NCBI GenBank assembly: GCA_028023455.1
Contig: JAQFVV010000003.1
Location: 19,716,001-19,780,000, forward strand
DNA from: Epiperipatus broadwayi
Lineage: Eukaryota > Animalia > Onychophora
Reading direction: 5' to 3'
DNA: 64,000 bases
The notes below the pieces were generated by a model. The model was not told where the DNA came from. It saw nothing but the letters and a program-made list of their open reading frames with translations, and searched no databases. Position 1 is the first letter of the stretch; every line of letters starts with the position of its first letter. Both the position numbers and the translations under genes were made by a program. Below are positions 49,250-61,918 of this stretch, in pieces.

Positions 49250-51440
49250 TATATATAAGTTAAACAGTTGTAGTAAATAATCTCATTACACACCAGAATC
49301 TAATTCCACATTACTTTCAAGCTCACAGAAGTGAAGGATTTTAAGTCAAAGTTGTGTAATATAATTACTATAGAGATATTTCCAATATTGTCTATAATTC
49401 CCAGTGTAAATTTAAACAAGTACAGTTAATAAACATTTCAGCACTCCCAAAAGAAATTGATACTTTGAATTAGCCACCCAAACTGTTTAAGAGGATAACC
49501 GAATCTATTAATTTTATAAAAAGAAATATTCTCATGATAACTCGGATGTAAACACAGCCAAAATTATATATGGCTAATTCAAACTTCCATGACAAATTTC
49601 ATTTCTTTCTTATTTTCAAAATCATAAAAATTAAGAAATTGCAGTCAAATATTAGCAATATAGTATGGCTTCAGCACAACATTACTGACTAGATTGCTTA
49701 GTCAGTACAAAATAATCATTTGCATTAGCTGTCCCAGATATAAATAAGGGTTAAATATTCTACAATTTATGAAAACAATTGTGAAACTCATTGCAATACA
49801 GTTGTGTATGCAGCTTCAATTATATTGTCTAAATTTAAGCTTACATGTGAGGGTCTACTTATTAATTATTGTCAAGTTCATGCAACTGAAAAAATTAAAT
49901 CAAGCACAGCAATGCAACACACTTCATAATAATTATTTGTTAAACCAAAGCAAAATGAGCATTTGCATTAACTTTCCCAAATATATAAAAAGATAAATCT
50001 AAATTTATAAACAATCGTAAACCCCATTATAACCCAGATGTAAACAGAAATTTATATAAGGCCTGGTTTAAACTTTCATGGTAAAGTCTTTTGCTTTCTC
50101 ATTTTTAAATCTATGCACATGAATAAATTTAAATGAAATATTAAAAATATAGCAAATAGTGTTATTTCAAAAATTATATGTAATTTGCCTTTGACTAATG
50201 TACCAAATGCTGGTAATAATTATTTCAACAACACTTTACTTATGCGATTGCTCAGACAAAGCAAAAAGACCTGCCTTAAATGTATAAAAGGGTAAGATAA
50301 TCTACAATTTATAAACAATTGTGAAACTCATTACAATAGATTTAAACATGACTTCATTTGCATACTGCCTAATACAAACTTATTTGTGGGATTCCATTAC
50401 TTAATAAATGTTACTTTCATTGAAATGAAAAATTTAAAGTAAAATATGTAAAATGTGGTAACTACAATGTTATTTCCAACATTTCATATTATTTCAGGTC
50501 TTTGATATTGAATGAAATGCTGTTAATAAATATTGCATCACCATCCTACTTATTAGACTTCCCAGTCAAAGGAAAATGGCACTTGCATTAGCTACATGAG
50601 ATGTATTTAAGTGCAAATATAAATATTAATGTCATAAATAAGAATATTTATTAGAATCCGGATATAAACACAGGCTAATTTATATATGTCTAATTCAAAC
50701 ATTCTTGAATGAATCCATTTTTATTTATTTTCAAGTCCACATAAGTAAAACGTTTTAAGTCAAATATTTGTATATCTATTAAAAACAGATTTATTTCAAA
50801 TATTCTATGTCATTCTTGCTCTTAAACTAATGAACAAAACATTATTAATAAATATTTAGCATCATAATAATTTTAGATCAATCAACCAAAGTGAAATGAC
50901 AAATTGCCTTAACTGTTGATAAATCTAGTAATTTATTACTTTTGATATAAATACAAACTTCTAAACATCACATGATCAACATCTCTATACTAGCACATAA
51001 TTGTTGTAAACAAAGGCAAAACTCTCCATACAGTAGAGATTTTATGCACAAGCCTTTGTTAAATACAAACTTGTTTATATAGCCTAATTTCTCTTGCATG
51101 AGAGTTTATTCTTTACTCATTTTGAAGCTCATAAAGTGATGAATTTTAATTCATATCTTTATAAAATAATTATTTATATAATTAATGTAATTCTCAATTT
51201 CAAACTAAAGAATCAAATGGTGTTAATATATATTTCATTACTCCTTTATTTACAAGATTCTCAGCCAAAAAAAAAAAGACAATTTGTATTGGCTCCTCCA
51301 GATGTATATAATAATAAATAAATCTAATAAGTATAAACAAAGGTAAAATTTATTACATACCAGATGTAAATACTGCCTTATTAATATAGCTTAATTTCTG
51401 ACTCATTTTTAATTCCTTGCAAGTGAAGAATTTTATAATA
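49250..51440 (+). repeat. Second cluster (~7 units) of the ~315-bp diverged array
   Basis: Same blocks and orientation as 26400-31750, with anchors near 49575, 49825, 50060, 50366, 50687, 51080 and 51388. Confidence 0.8.
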
Positions 51441-51699
51441 TATATATATATGTACTATTGTAATTTTTTTTATATAAAATATAGGAAATTTTATTCTGTA
51501 ATTTGGTTACAACTCATATGATAAGGTTAAAAATAGGATACATTAAATGGTATTCAAAGAAGAAAAAGTTTGATGATGTTTATTATCTTGTTACAAATCT
51601 TTGAGTTTACATGATTATATCGTGTGCCACACAAAGTTTAACTCTTGATTTTACTCGGTAAATGTTGATTCACATACTATAACTGATAAATTGAAACCA

Positions 51700-52575
51700 C
51701 AATGGACACATCATTCCCCCTGTCCAGAGAAGGATAAAGCCAGTACCTGAAACAATCCCCTCATCCCAGTTGCCCCCCCATAGCACTAGGATTTAGGCCC
51801 CGGGAACCCCCCAACCCTCAGATTCTCTCATCTAGACAGCAAAGATGAGTGAAACTGCGGTCCCAATCCAAGATAAATTGATTTACACAGTGCAATACAA
51901 AATTCTGCCACCATGAATAACATCATCCCCATTGCCCCAGAAATGAGAAAATCTATGCCAGTAATGATCCCCTCACACTCTCATCCCAGCCAGCCCAAAA
52001 ACTAGGACTTAGGCTCCAGGGAGCCTCCCAGCCACCAGACTTCCCCCCATCCAGGCAACAAAGATGAGTCAAACAGAGGTTTTAAACAAAAGGTAAAATC
52101 ACAGCAGCAATCTCTAAGTTTTCAATGGCTGGAACATATAATGTTCAATTTGAAGAATATTTCACAGTTTTACATAGAAACTGTTGATTTACAAAGCCTT
52201 TTGCGGAAAACCAATTGACAGGTTGAATTTGTCCATAATTTGACCAGTCAAATCCAGAAACATTCATCCGTAAGATGGATAACTATTGATAGAATTCCAT
52301 TGTTATAAAGTAACTGCTGATTCACACTGCAAAATACAGAAACCAGAGCGCAATGAAACACATCACCCCCATCGAAACAAGAAAGTCAATGCTGGTAATG
52401 ATCCCAAAGCATTCACAACCCAGCTGGCCTCCCAATGTCTAGGGCCCAAGGCCCCAGGATCTTCTCAACCAACCACAAGACTCACCCACCCTGGTGGGAA
52501 GGATGAGTGAAACATCTGTCCCAATCCCATCATAAATCACAGCAAAAATCACCAGAACTTTCAATGGCTGGCAAC
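51700..52575. repeat. GC-rich diverged tandem repeat, 3 units (periods ~220 and ~440 bp)
   Basis: CTAGG....AGG.CCC...GATGAGT(G/C)AAAC...GTCCCAATCCCA recurs, with GATGAGT near 51844, 52063 and 52502. Confidence 0.75.
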
Positions 52576-52614
52576 TAAGTTTTCCTCTTATCAAAATAAA
52601 AAACTTTATATATA

Positions 52615-53310
52615 TATATATATTAGGAAATACATACTTATATTATATGCTATATAACCATCAACTCAAAGATTAGCAAGGCAACTGTTAATTTACATAG
52701 TGTAATGTAGAACTTAAAATGAAAAATTGCAATTAGACAGTATTGTTTTGGTTGCATTAATCCACGAGCTAATTAACTGTTAATAGTAATCTAATGTTAC
52801 AATTCAAAATTATTTATCAATTCCAGAATTCAAATATGAATGGCATTCGAAAGTCACTTCAAAGTTCTAGAAAGCAACTGTTAATTTATATAGTGTAATG
52901 AAGTTAAAATGACTGATTGAAGTTTGACCGCACTATTTTGCTGCCTTTATCCATGATATGATTTACTGTTGGTGGTAATCAAATGTTACAATTAAAGATG
53001 GTTTTTAAGTCGAGAATTCAAAAATGAATAGCATTTTGAGAAAAAAAAAAAAAAAGATGAAGATGAAAAATACTCGGTTTGAAACAACAGTGCTAAAACC
53101 GCAATTAACAACGCTATAATATATATTGGGAAATACACACATATATTATATGCTGTACAACCATCAATTTAAAGATCAGAGGGACAACTATTAATTTACA
53201 TAGTGTAATGTAAAAATTAAAATGACAAATTGCGATTGGACAGTATTGTTTTGACTGTAATATTTTGCTGCCTTTATCTATATGATTTACTGTTGGTGAT
53301 AATCAAATGT
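52615..53310. repeat. Tandem repeat with ~190-bp subunits and a ~500-bp higher-order duplication
   Basis: CAACT(G/A)TTAATTTA(C/T)ATAGTGTAATG near 52683, 52876 and 53185; the header ATATATT(A/G)GGAAATACA..ATATTATATGCT near 52618 and 53122. Confidence 0.75.
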
Positions 53311-53479
53311 GATTATCTGGAGAGAGAATTTATATTTGAAAAGAGAGCTAAGAAACTACTCTTTTAAATAGGAATAATTTTAGGGACATTTAATTCCCTA
53401 AACTAGGAAAACTAAAACGGAGAGCCAGTAACAGAGTCAACTGGAGTCCTTGGCTACCTCTAGTGAACTACTACTATTT

Positions 53480-54140
53480 TAATTTATAACATTATTTCCA
53501 ACATTATACATAATTATTACTTATAAACTATTGAACTGAATGCAGTCAATAAATATTCCTACCTCTTTACTTAGATGATTGTTCAGACAAAGCAAAATGG
53601 CTATTTGGGTTAACTCTTACAGATGTATATAAAAGTAAACAAATCTAGCAACATAATAAATAAGGTTGAACTACAATATAATCCTGATACAAATACAATA
53701 AAATTATATATGGCCTACTTCAAAATTCATGGGAGAATCCATTACTTTCTAAGAACTATAACTATGAAAATTTAATGTCAAATATTTAAAACAGTAATAT
53801 TTATAAAATTATATATAGTAAACTATATATATAAATATTAATCTTTGACTAATGAACCAAATTTTAGTAATAATTATTTCACACCAATTTGCTTACTAGA
53901 TTGTTCAGATAAAGTGAATTGATTATTTACATTAGTTGCATCAAATGTACATAAGTGTAAATAAATCTACTATTATAAACGATTGTGAAACTAATTATAA
54001 TCCAGATGTAAACAGTTTTATTTATATATGGTCTGATTTCAATGTCATGTGAGGCTTCATTTTTTTACTCATTATCAAGCCCAATGCAAGCAAAAAATTT
54101 AAATATTTATAATAAATACGTGATTTCCAACATTTATGTG
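53480..54140 (+). repeat. Third cluster (~2-3 units) of the ~315-bp diverged array
   Basis: Anchors GGCCTACTTCAAA at ~53712 and GGTCTGATTTCAA at ~54030, plus TCTTTGACTAATGAACCAAA and CCAGATGTAAAC. Confidence 0.75.
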
Positions 54141-55062
54141 TACTGATCAGACTATACCCATTTAAATTATTTACATTTATTTAAAAATTAGAGTGTTATC
54201 TGACATTAAACATCAGGAAATAAACTAGCACATATATATTTTTTACATATATATTTAAATAAACATTGAAAATATTTTCTTGAATATGATGATGATGACA
54301 ACTTCACAGCTACTATTTGCAATACCAGACTAGATCTCATAGAACATAAGTTACTCCTGATAAAATAGATATGAAATAAATATGCAAATCAGACAATATC
54401 ACATATAAAGAAGTGAATACACTATTTAAACCAATAAAATATTCATGATGGAAAACAATAATTATTTATAAAGTATCCAATATTTATTTGAATTAATTTT
54501 AAAACATTAATTTTTCAATTAAATCTTAAATAACTTACTGGAGAGTAAATCCCTTATACCCTGAATATAATTCTACTTATGGCCAATCCTCACAAATATA
54601 ATATATTTATGATAAACAGAAGCTCCATAACATAATAGCACACATATTTCTCATAGAGATAATTTTAATCAATACACCTTTCTTTCAATGATAACTCCAG
54701 GGAGTGGTGACATTAGGTCTGAATCCCAATTTAACAATAATAAACTAATGTAAGATGGTTCTTCGAATCATACCATGGTTTACAAGCAATACTCCTTAAT
54801 TAACTGAGATGTAGAACCATCTCAATTAAGATGACCTCAAATTTACAAAACAAAACTGAATAAATCCACCATACATAATAATGAGTTAACAATGATCTAA
54901 CAATTGCATGTACATAATAAGTTCTAGGCTAATTTATATACAAATGCACTCATCAAATTTCACAACAAACTTTTAACTTAAAATACAATAATTATATTTT
55001 CAAATGTTATATATAGAGTAAGTTAAAAACAAACTCTTATGAAGCTTCAAAAATACCCTCAA

Positions 55063-55102
55063 CCTCAGACCGCGGTTTCTGCCTCTAGCATCATCAGTGA
55101 GG
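55063..55102 (-). ncRNA. Minimal type I hammerhead ribozyme (outer left)
   Basis: CCTCA CTGATGA TGCTAGAGGCA GAAA CCGCGG TC TGAGG: 5-bp helix I, canonical core, palindromic helix III ACCGCGGT and a GUC triplet. Confidence 0.88.
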
Positions 55103-55432
55103 TGCTAGGGAATAAAAATACTAGAACTAGTCCAGCATTTTATCAATGCCTAACTATTGAGAAGAAAATCTGAAACTTTCAGACATTTAAATGTCCAAAA
55201 ATCCAGCTATCTAACTCAAATAGCAGTATGGGACTGAAACTAAGTTCAGATCCACCATATATTAATAGCTCTAGCAATATAAAATCGCCAAAGCATTAAT
55301 AGCAAAAAACTAAAATTAAATTGATAAAAAATCAAGTCAGATGACCTAATTTTAATAAAGCTCCTATTTACAAATGTTATATATAGAGTAAGTTAAAAAC
55401 AAACTCTTATGAAGCTTCAAAAATACCCTCAA

Positions 55433-55472
55433 CCTCAGACTGCGGTTTCTGCCTCTAGCGTCATCAGTGAGC
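55433..55472 (-). ncRNA. Minimal type I hammerhead ribozyme (inner left)
   Basis: GCTCA CTGATGA CGCTAGAGGCA GAAA CCGCAG TC TGAGG; G-to-A change in helix III. Confidence 0.8.
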
Positions 55473-55597
55473 TGCTAGGGAATAAAAATACTAGAACTAG
55501 TCCAGCATTTTATCAATGCCTAACTATTGAGAAGAAAATCTGAAACTTTCAGACATTTAAAATGCTGGACTAGTTCTAGTATTTTTATTCCCTAGCA

Positions 55598-55637
55598 CTT
55601 CACTGATGACGCTAGAGGCAGAAACTGCGGTCTGAGG
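55598..55637 (+). ncRNA. Minimal type I hammerhead ribozyme (inner right)
   Basis: CTTCA CTGATGA CGCTAGAGGCA GAAA CTGCGG TC TGAGG; C-to-T change in helix III. Confidence 0.82.
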
Positions 55638-55967
55638 TTGAGGGTATTTTTGAAGCTTCATAAGAGTTTGTTTTTAACTTACTCTATATATAACATTTGT
55701 AAATAGGAGCTTTATTAAAATTAGGCCATCTGACTTGATTTTTTATCAATTTAATTTTAGTTTTTTGCTATTAATGCTTTGGCGATTTTATATTGCTAGA
55801 GCTATTAATATATGGTGGATCTGAACTTAGTTTCAGTCCCATACTGCTATTTGAGTTAGATAGCTGGATTTTTGGACATTTAAATGTCTGAAAGTTTCAG
55901 ATTTTCTTCTCAATAGTTAGGCATTGATAAAATGCTGGACTAGTTCTAGTATTTTTATTCCCTATCA

Positions 55968-56007
55968 CCTCACTGATGACGCTAGAGGCAGAAACCGCGG
56001 TCTGAGG
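55968..56007 (+). ncRNA. Minimal type I hammerhead ribozyme (outer right)
   Basis: CCTCA CTGATGA CGCTAGAGGCA GAAA CCGCGG TC TGAGG. Confidence 0.87.
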
Positions 56008-59000
56008 TTGAGGGTATTTTTGAAGCTTCATAAGAGTTTGTTTTTAACTTACTCTATATATAACATTTGTAAATAGGAGCTTTATTAAAATTAGATCATC
56101 TGACTTGATTTTTTATCAATAATTATATTACATTCATCTCTCTTTTTTTAATATTTAGACACTAAATATTTTAAAAACATGCAATGTTTAAAATGAATAT
56201 TACAGGTCTGACAATTTCACATTAAAGAAAACTTAAAAAAAAAAGTTAACAAATCATAATATATTTGTAGACAAGATGGAGCAATTTTTAACAACTTTCA
56301 TTTCCTGCTTTAATCAATCAATAATATAAAATATGGTTACTAAAATAAAACTTAAAATGGTAATAGATTAGGTTAATGATCTAAACAATTTTTTAAAGGT
56401 TAATGATCTAAACAATTTTTTAAACTTATGAATTAAAAGTTCTGAAGCTGGGCTTCTCTATAGTCTTGGGCAGGATTTTTTTGTTTTGTGATATTTCTTC
56501 TATGATGACTTCTATTAAATGATTCCATTTATAATCCTGTTCTCTTTCTTCCTAGTTGATATAATGCATTTTATGATTCTCCTGTCTTTGAAATTGGAGA
56601 TTTAAGCATTGTTTCTTAATTTTAATGAGATTCCTTCAAATATATAGCTTAATCAGATCTATCAGATACAATATATTTCAGCAGTCAGAAGTTTTCCCTT
56701 TTCTACTCAGTCATCATAATGAAGGTTCAATACAGCTTGATTAAAACAAGAATCCATACTGATTAATTTTAAGAAAAACTGATCATATATAGGTTTTGAC
56801 ATCCTATTTTTAATATCTTTGATCTTGTTCTTAATACATTTAATATCTTATTTTTGAAACCTTTATAATGGTGAATTCTTCCCATGTTTTTAAATCTCAT
56901 ATCTCTAATCAGGCTTTATCTTTTTTTTATTAACTTATTTTTAATTTAATTATTTGAAATCTATTTCTTAACTTGGTTATTTTACAATACATTTTTTTAA
57001 TATTTGATAAGAGCAACCATTTTAACACAAATTATATAATTTACAAGTTTCTTAAATTTTAAACATTTTTAACAAACCTATTTCATTATTTTAAAATGGG
57101 ACATTTAATAATTCTAACATTTACATATTACCTGCTTTATTTTAAATCATTTGTTCTATTTTATATAATATTTAAAAACTTGCTGAATGCTATATTTATT
57201 AGCATTCCTCACAACTCTGAAAACTGGCTCACAACCATGTAGAAAAGTATTTCTGAAATAAATAAGACCTTATTCATTTCAAATTCATGAACTTTTAAAT
57301 AAAAAACAGAAGCAACAACAAAAAAATTGTATTAATTTTCTTGTCCATTTGGCAGTTTATAAACCTTTTATCAGCTTATTGGTTATTCACATAATGTTTC
57401 TTTATAGTGATTTGAGGTTGGTCTTTATCTGGAAGTTCTGTATTAATTTTGGAGAAGTCTTAATTGTTGTGTGAGAGTTTTACCTCTGTTTTTTTAGTAC
57501 TAAGTAAAATTGAAGTATAGCAAGTTTTTTTTCCTGATCAAATCCTATTAAATCGTGCACATTAAGATTCATGATAGATATATAAAGTTTTTTATGCACA
57601 ATTTAATGTTTAATTTAAGCTGTTATATTTCTTTATTCAGTGCACTGACCAGCTAGAATGGCATGTCCTCATTTGAATTGAATGGCAAATCCTGTTAACT
57701 CTGTTTATTCTTACACTATTTTTTCATTCAATTCTTTTAATCCATGAGATCTTTGTTCCGAGTCATCAGGCTTATCTTCTTAAATTTGGACTTTTATTTT
57801 TAACTCTTATTTCCTTTTTATTTCTTTTAATAGTTTTACTTCTCTACTATCCTCTTTTTTTAATTCAACAGATTTATCTTTGACCATTTATCTTCATTTT
57901 CTAACTGTTCATGTTGAGTTTCTTCATATAGTTTTAGTTCATCTTCTTCCCCTTGTTTTAATCTATTAGGTCCATCTATTATTTGGTCTTTTATTTGAAC
58001 CTGTTCTTATTGAATTTTAATTACTATTTCCTCATACAGTTAGTACATCATCTAAATATTGTTTTAACTCAACAGGTGTATCTTTTATCATTTGGTCTTT
58101 TATTTGAACCTGTTATTGCTTCAATTTCTTTTTCTTCTAATAGCTTTAGTTCTTCATCTTGCTTTAATGTATCAGATTCATTTTTTATATTTTGAAAATT
58201 TCTATCTGTTCTTGTTGAATTTCTTCTTTATCATCTTGTTTTAACTCTCCAAGTTTATATCCGTTTTCCATCCTTCATATTTATCTGATTTTATCTATCT
58301 ATAACTCTGTCCATTTTCTTGATGGAAATGTTTTTCCCACTGCTTATATAATTTGATGGCCATAAGCATCATGTTAACCTCTGTAAATGTTGCAGTTTTC
58401 TCTTTAGACCTTTTGACATCTTCACTCTGTAATATCTTTTTCTTGATTTGAAGATTTTCTTTTCTTTGCGATAAACTCATTATTATCAATATATTTATAC
58501 CTGGATTTACCACCAACTGCACTACATCATCACCTGGATCATCTTAAAACCTTACAAGTAGTTGAAGACTATTTTCAGTCCACAACTTCCAGTTTTAATT
58601 TTTTTTATAATTACAATATACAGAGAGAAAAAATTATTGTCTGGACACCCATGCCATTCATCACAAACAAATGAGTGTTTGCAATAGTTACATTTATGCC
58701 TGTGCCACATGATCATTTCATACACAAGAAGCTTCATAGCATAGTCATAAATGTATATCTAATAGGGGATAATTTTAACCAATATACCTTTCTTATAACA
58801 ATAAATCTAAGGAATGATCACTTTAGATCCAAATTATTTATCAATAACAAACTAATTATGTGATGTAGTTCATTGAATCTGACCTCAAATTTACAGAACA
58901 AAACTGATTAAATCCACCATATAGATATTGTGTATAATAATCATTTCAGAATCATCTAACAATTGAATGTACATAAATTCTAACATAAAATTTAGCTCAC

Positions 59001-61918
59001 AGTAATCAAAAGAAGAGCTAATTTACATACAAATAGACACAAATTTCACAACAAACCCTTAATTTAAAATGCCAATAATTATATTGCATTAATACTTTTT
59101 TAACACTTAGACACTTTAAATATTTTACATGCAATCAGTTTGTGTTTAAAATGAATATTACATCTTTGATTATTTGTATCATAATTTGACATTAAAGAAA
59201 ACTTTTCAAAAAATGTAAACAAATCATAACATATATAGACAAAATGGAACAAATTTTATATATATACAAATTTCTTTTTTTTTTTAAAAACTTCACTTGT
59301 TTTAAAAATGCAACTTTTTTTTTTAAACTTTTACTTCTTGCTTTAATCAATCAATAATATATAGTTTGTTAGAATTAAATATATATTAAAATAAAGCTTA
59401 AAATGATTACTACACTAAGATAAACTAAAGTTTTTTTAAACTTACGAATTAATAGTTCTGAAGATGGACTTTTCTATGGTTGTGGGCAGGATTTTTTTTC
59501 TCAAACCAATATTTCTTCCATGATAACATTTCTTAATTGATTCCATATACAATCCTAGTCCCTTTCTTCCTAAGTTGATGAAATGCACTTTATGATTTTC
59601 CTGTCTTTGAAATTAGAGATTTAAACAGTTTCATTTTAATTAGATTTCTTCAAATATATAGCTTGATTAGGTCTGTCTGAGATCCACAGTAATTTCAGCA
59701 GTAAACAATTTTCTACTCAGTCATTATAATGAAGATTCAAATGCAGCTCGACTAAAACAAGAATCCATACTGCAACAGGGCAGGTATAATCAAACCTTGT
59801 TGCGATAAATAGACAAATACGTCTTCGTATACTTAACATATTATTAATATATATATTACTTAACTAACAAAACTAATATTTACAAGTTGATGTATAATCA
59901 AAGATCATTTGTGTGATCGTATTGTATTATAGATTTAGTTAATTTTAATAAAAAAGCTCATAAAAGGTATGGGAGGGGGGTATATATGTGCTCTGATTTT
60001 TTTCTTTTGCCCAACCCAGCTATACACATTGCTATGTATATGGATGAGTGTGTTTTGAATCAATTGAATATGAAAATTCACAAAATAAAAATCTTTTTGA
60101 TACTTTTAAAAATAGATATATATTAAGTCAAAGAAAGAACTATAAATGCCAAGATGGAAGACTGATTTACAATGAAAGTGACTGTTATAAAAACCTTGGA
60201 ATGTTGAGTTCTCATTAAGTACTAATTAGAACAAAAAAAGGTGTAAAAAGCTTTTACGGTGCATTCCAACGAAGGCACATGGAATGTTAATGGAAAATGA
60301 ATGAAAGAAAGAATTAAGAGAAGGGGCAGAGTTGGCAATTCGTGATTTGAAAAGATAAATTAAAAAAAAAAATTATTATAAGTTGGAGAGTGGAAGAAAG
60401 CAGAATAAGCCAGAGATCAGTGCTATACACTGATAAAATATGATCAGGCTGGGGTAGAAACTTCAACATGTGAGGTGTTCAAATCCTTCCCCTGAATGTA
60501 TAGTAGCTGCCAATATCAGAGAAGTGACATCAAGCCTGAAAAATTGTCTCAATAAGTAATAATGTTGGATCATCATGAGATGTGTAAAAGAATAAATAAA
60601 TAAATAGAATTCAGCCGTAGAATCCGAACTTAAAAAAGTCCATTCATTGTCCAAGAACCGGAGATCTCTCTTTCACCAGGTGAATTCAATCAATTCCCCG
60701 GGGAAACAGGTACCTTTTTCTATTTGCATATATATGTGACCTCTTGGTAAACTTACTCCACATAATTCAGAAAAACTGTAGTTTGACCCAATTGTGAACT
60801 TAATTTTTCTTTTCTTTTTGCACAGAGTTTAAATTATTTCCTACTGTCATTATTAGCATATTAATTCTTCCATAATTAAATCTTTGCTGCAACATGCATG
60901 TTATAGCATATTTGTGTGTGTGTGGGTTTTGGTAAAAAAAAGAGTAAACTAACAAAAGGGAAAACTGATAGGAATCTTTGATAAATGATAAAGAAAAAAT
61001 TGAATTGATTTGACTTACGTATGAATGTTTTTTTGTGTTTTGAGTTTTTTTCTCTTTATTAAGGTTAAAATAGGTTAGATCTCCTGATAATTTTACCACT
61101 CGCCCCGAAAAAGCTAGATGCAGGCTGGGTCATTTTATCATCCTATTACATACTTCCATATTGTCCAGGATAATTCTTACCTACGGGTGAGATTGGCACT
61201 TGGAGTCTTTCGTTAGACGTTCATAAATATACTGTTGTATGATATCGAAGAAAATCATATATGTATAGGACATATTTTTGTTCATATGTGTATATATACA
61301 CATTCATACTCACGGAAAGACGAGTACTTCAAGAAAAATAGGTAAAGGGGTGGACCCATTACAATGGCATCCCAACAAAAGACCATCGAAGAGAAGTAGG
61401 TCAACGAGGAAAAGAAAAATATAAAAGAAATTAGCATGAATTTTTTTTTTAAAAATAAATAATATATATATATCAGTTTTGTCAGATCATTATTGTTTTA
61501 GCTAAAAGAAAAAAATTAGGAAAACGGAAGCTATATTATATTGGCAGAGTTGGATGCAGTTAATATTAAGTTTTATAAGAATAAAAAAAAACTTTTTAAG
61601 CTATATGAAAAATCCCAACTGAGTGCAGAATATAAAAGCATTTTCATAAAGTAATCAGTTTAGGTTAGACTGGTTTTAAAGAACTTTCATTTTATGGATA
61701 TTTTTTTTTGTGAATAACAGACGTAAATGTTTTTCTTGTTCGCGATTGATTTTTTTTTTTAAAGTAATACAAATATTTAAAAATTAAATGAGTCTTTAAG
61801 TAGTTAACCTTTACAGTCAATCCATTTTAATGAAATACAAAATAATTATTTGAGTTTCTGCCACTTATTACTATAAGATGTCATAACTAAATAATAAATT
61901 TAATTTTTATATATATAT

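Larger units (their letters stand above)
55001..56120. mobile_element. Young non-autonomous PLE/retrozyme-like insertion: 370-bp tandem units in inverted (tail-out) arrangement, carrying four hammerheads
   Basis: 55001-55512 is the reverse complement of 55558-56069 (512 bp), and each arm has a 370-bp period. The direct repeat CAATAATTATATT at 54986-54998 and 56117-56129 occurs once at the paralogous empty site 59073-59085. Confidence 0.92.
54610..59772 (-). repeat. Old duplicated segment (54610-56761 vs 58720-59772) made of decayed RTE-like LINE sequence; further RTE-like EN/linker remnants at ~57100-58700
   Basis: Long alignable blocks such as GACCTCAAATTTACA.AACAAAACTGA.TAAATCCACCAT and TCCTGTCTTTGAAATT.GAGATTTAA, ending at AAGAATCCATACTG in both copies. 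Minus-strand remnants include KDRRIIK, TIANT..AWVS and PGDDV. Confidence 0.75.

Noticed and set aside
60100-61440. CpG-containing segment that could be the LTR or 5' leader of the Gypsy element
   Set aside because: No clear TG...CA boundaries or PBS could be fixed; the partner LTR lies outside the window.
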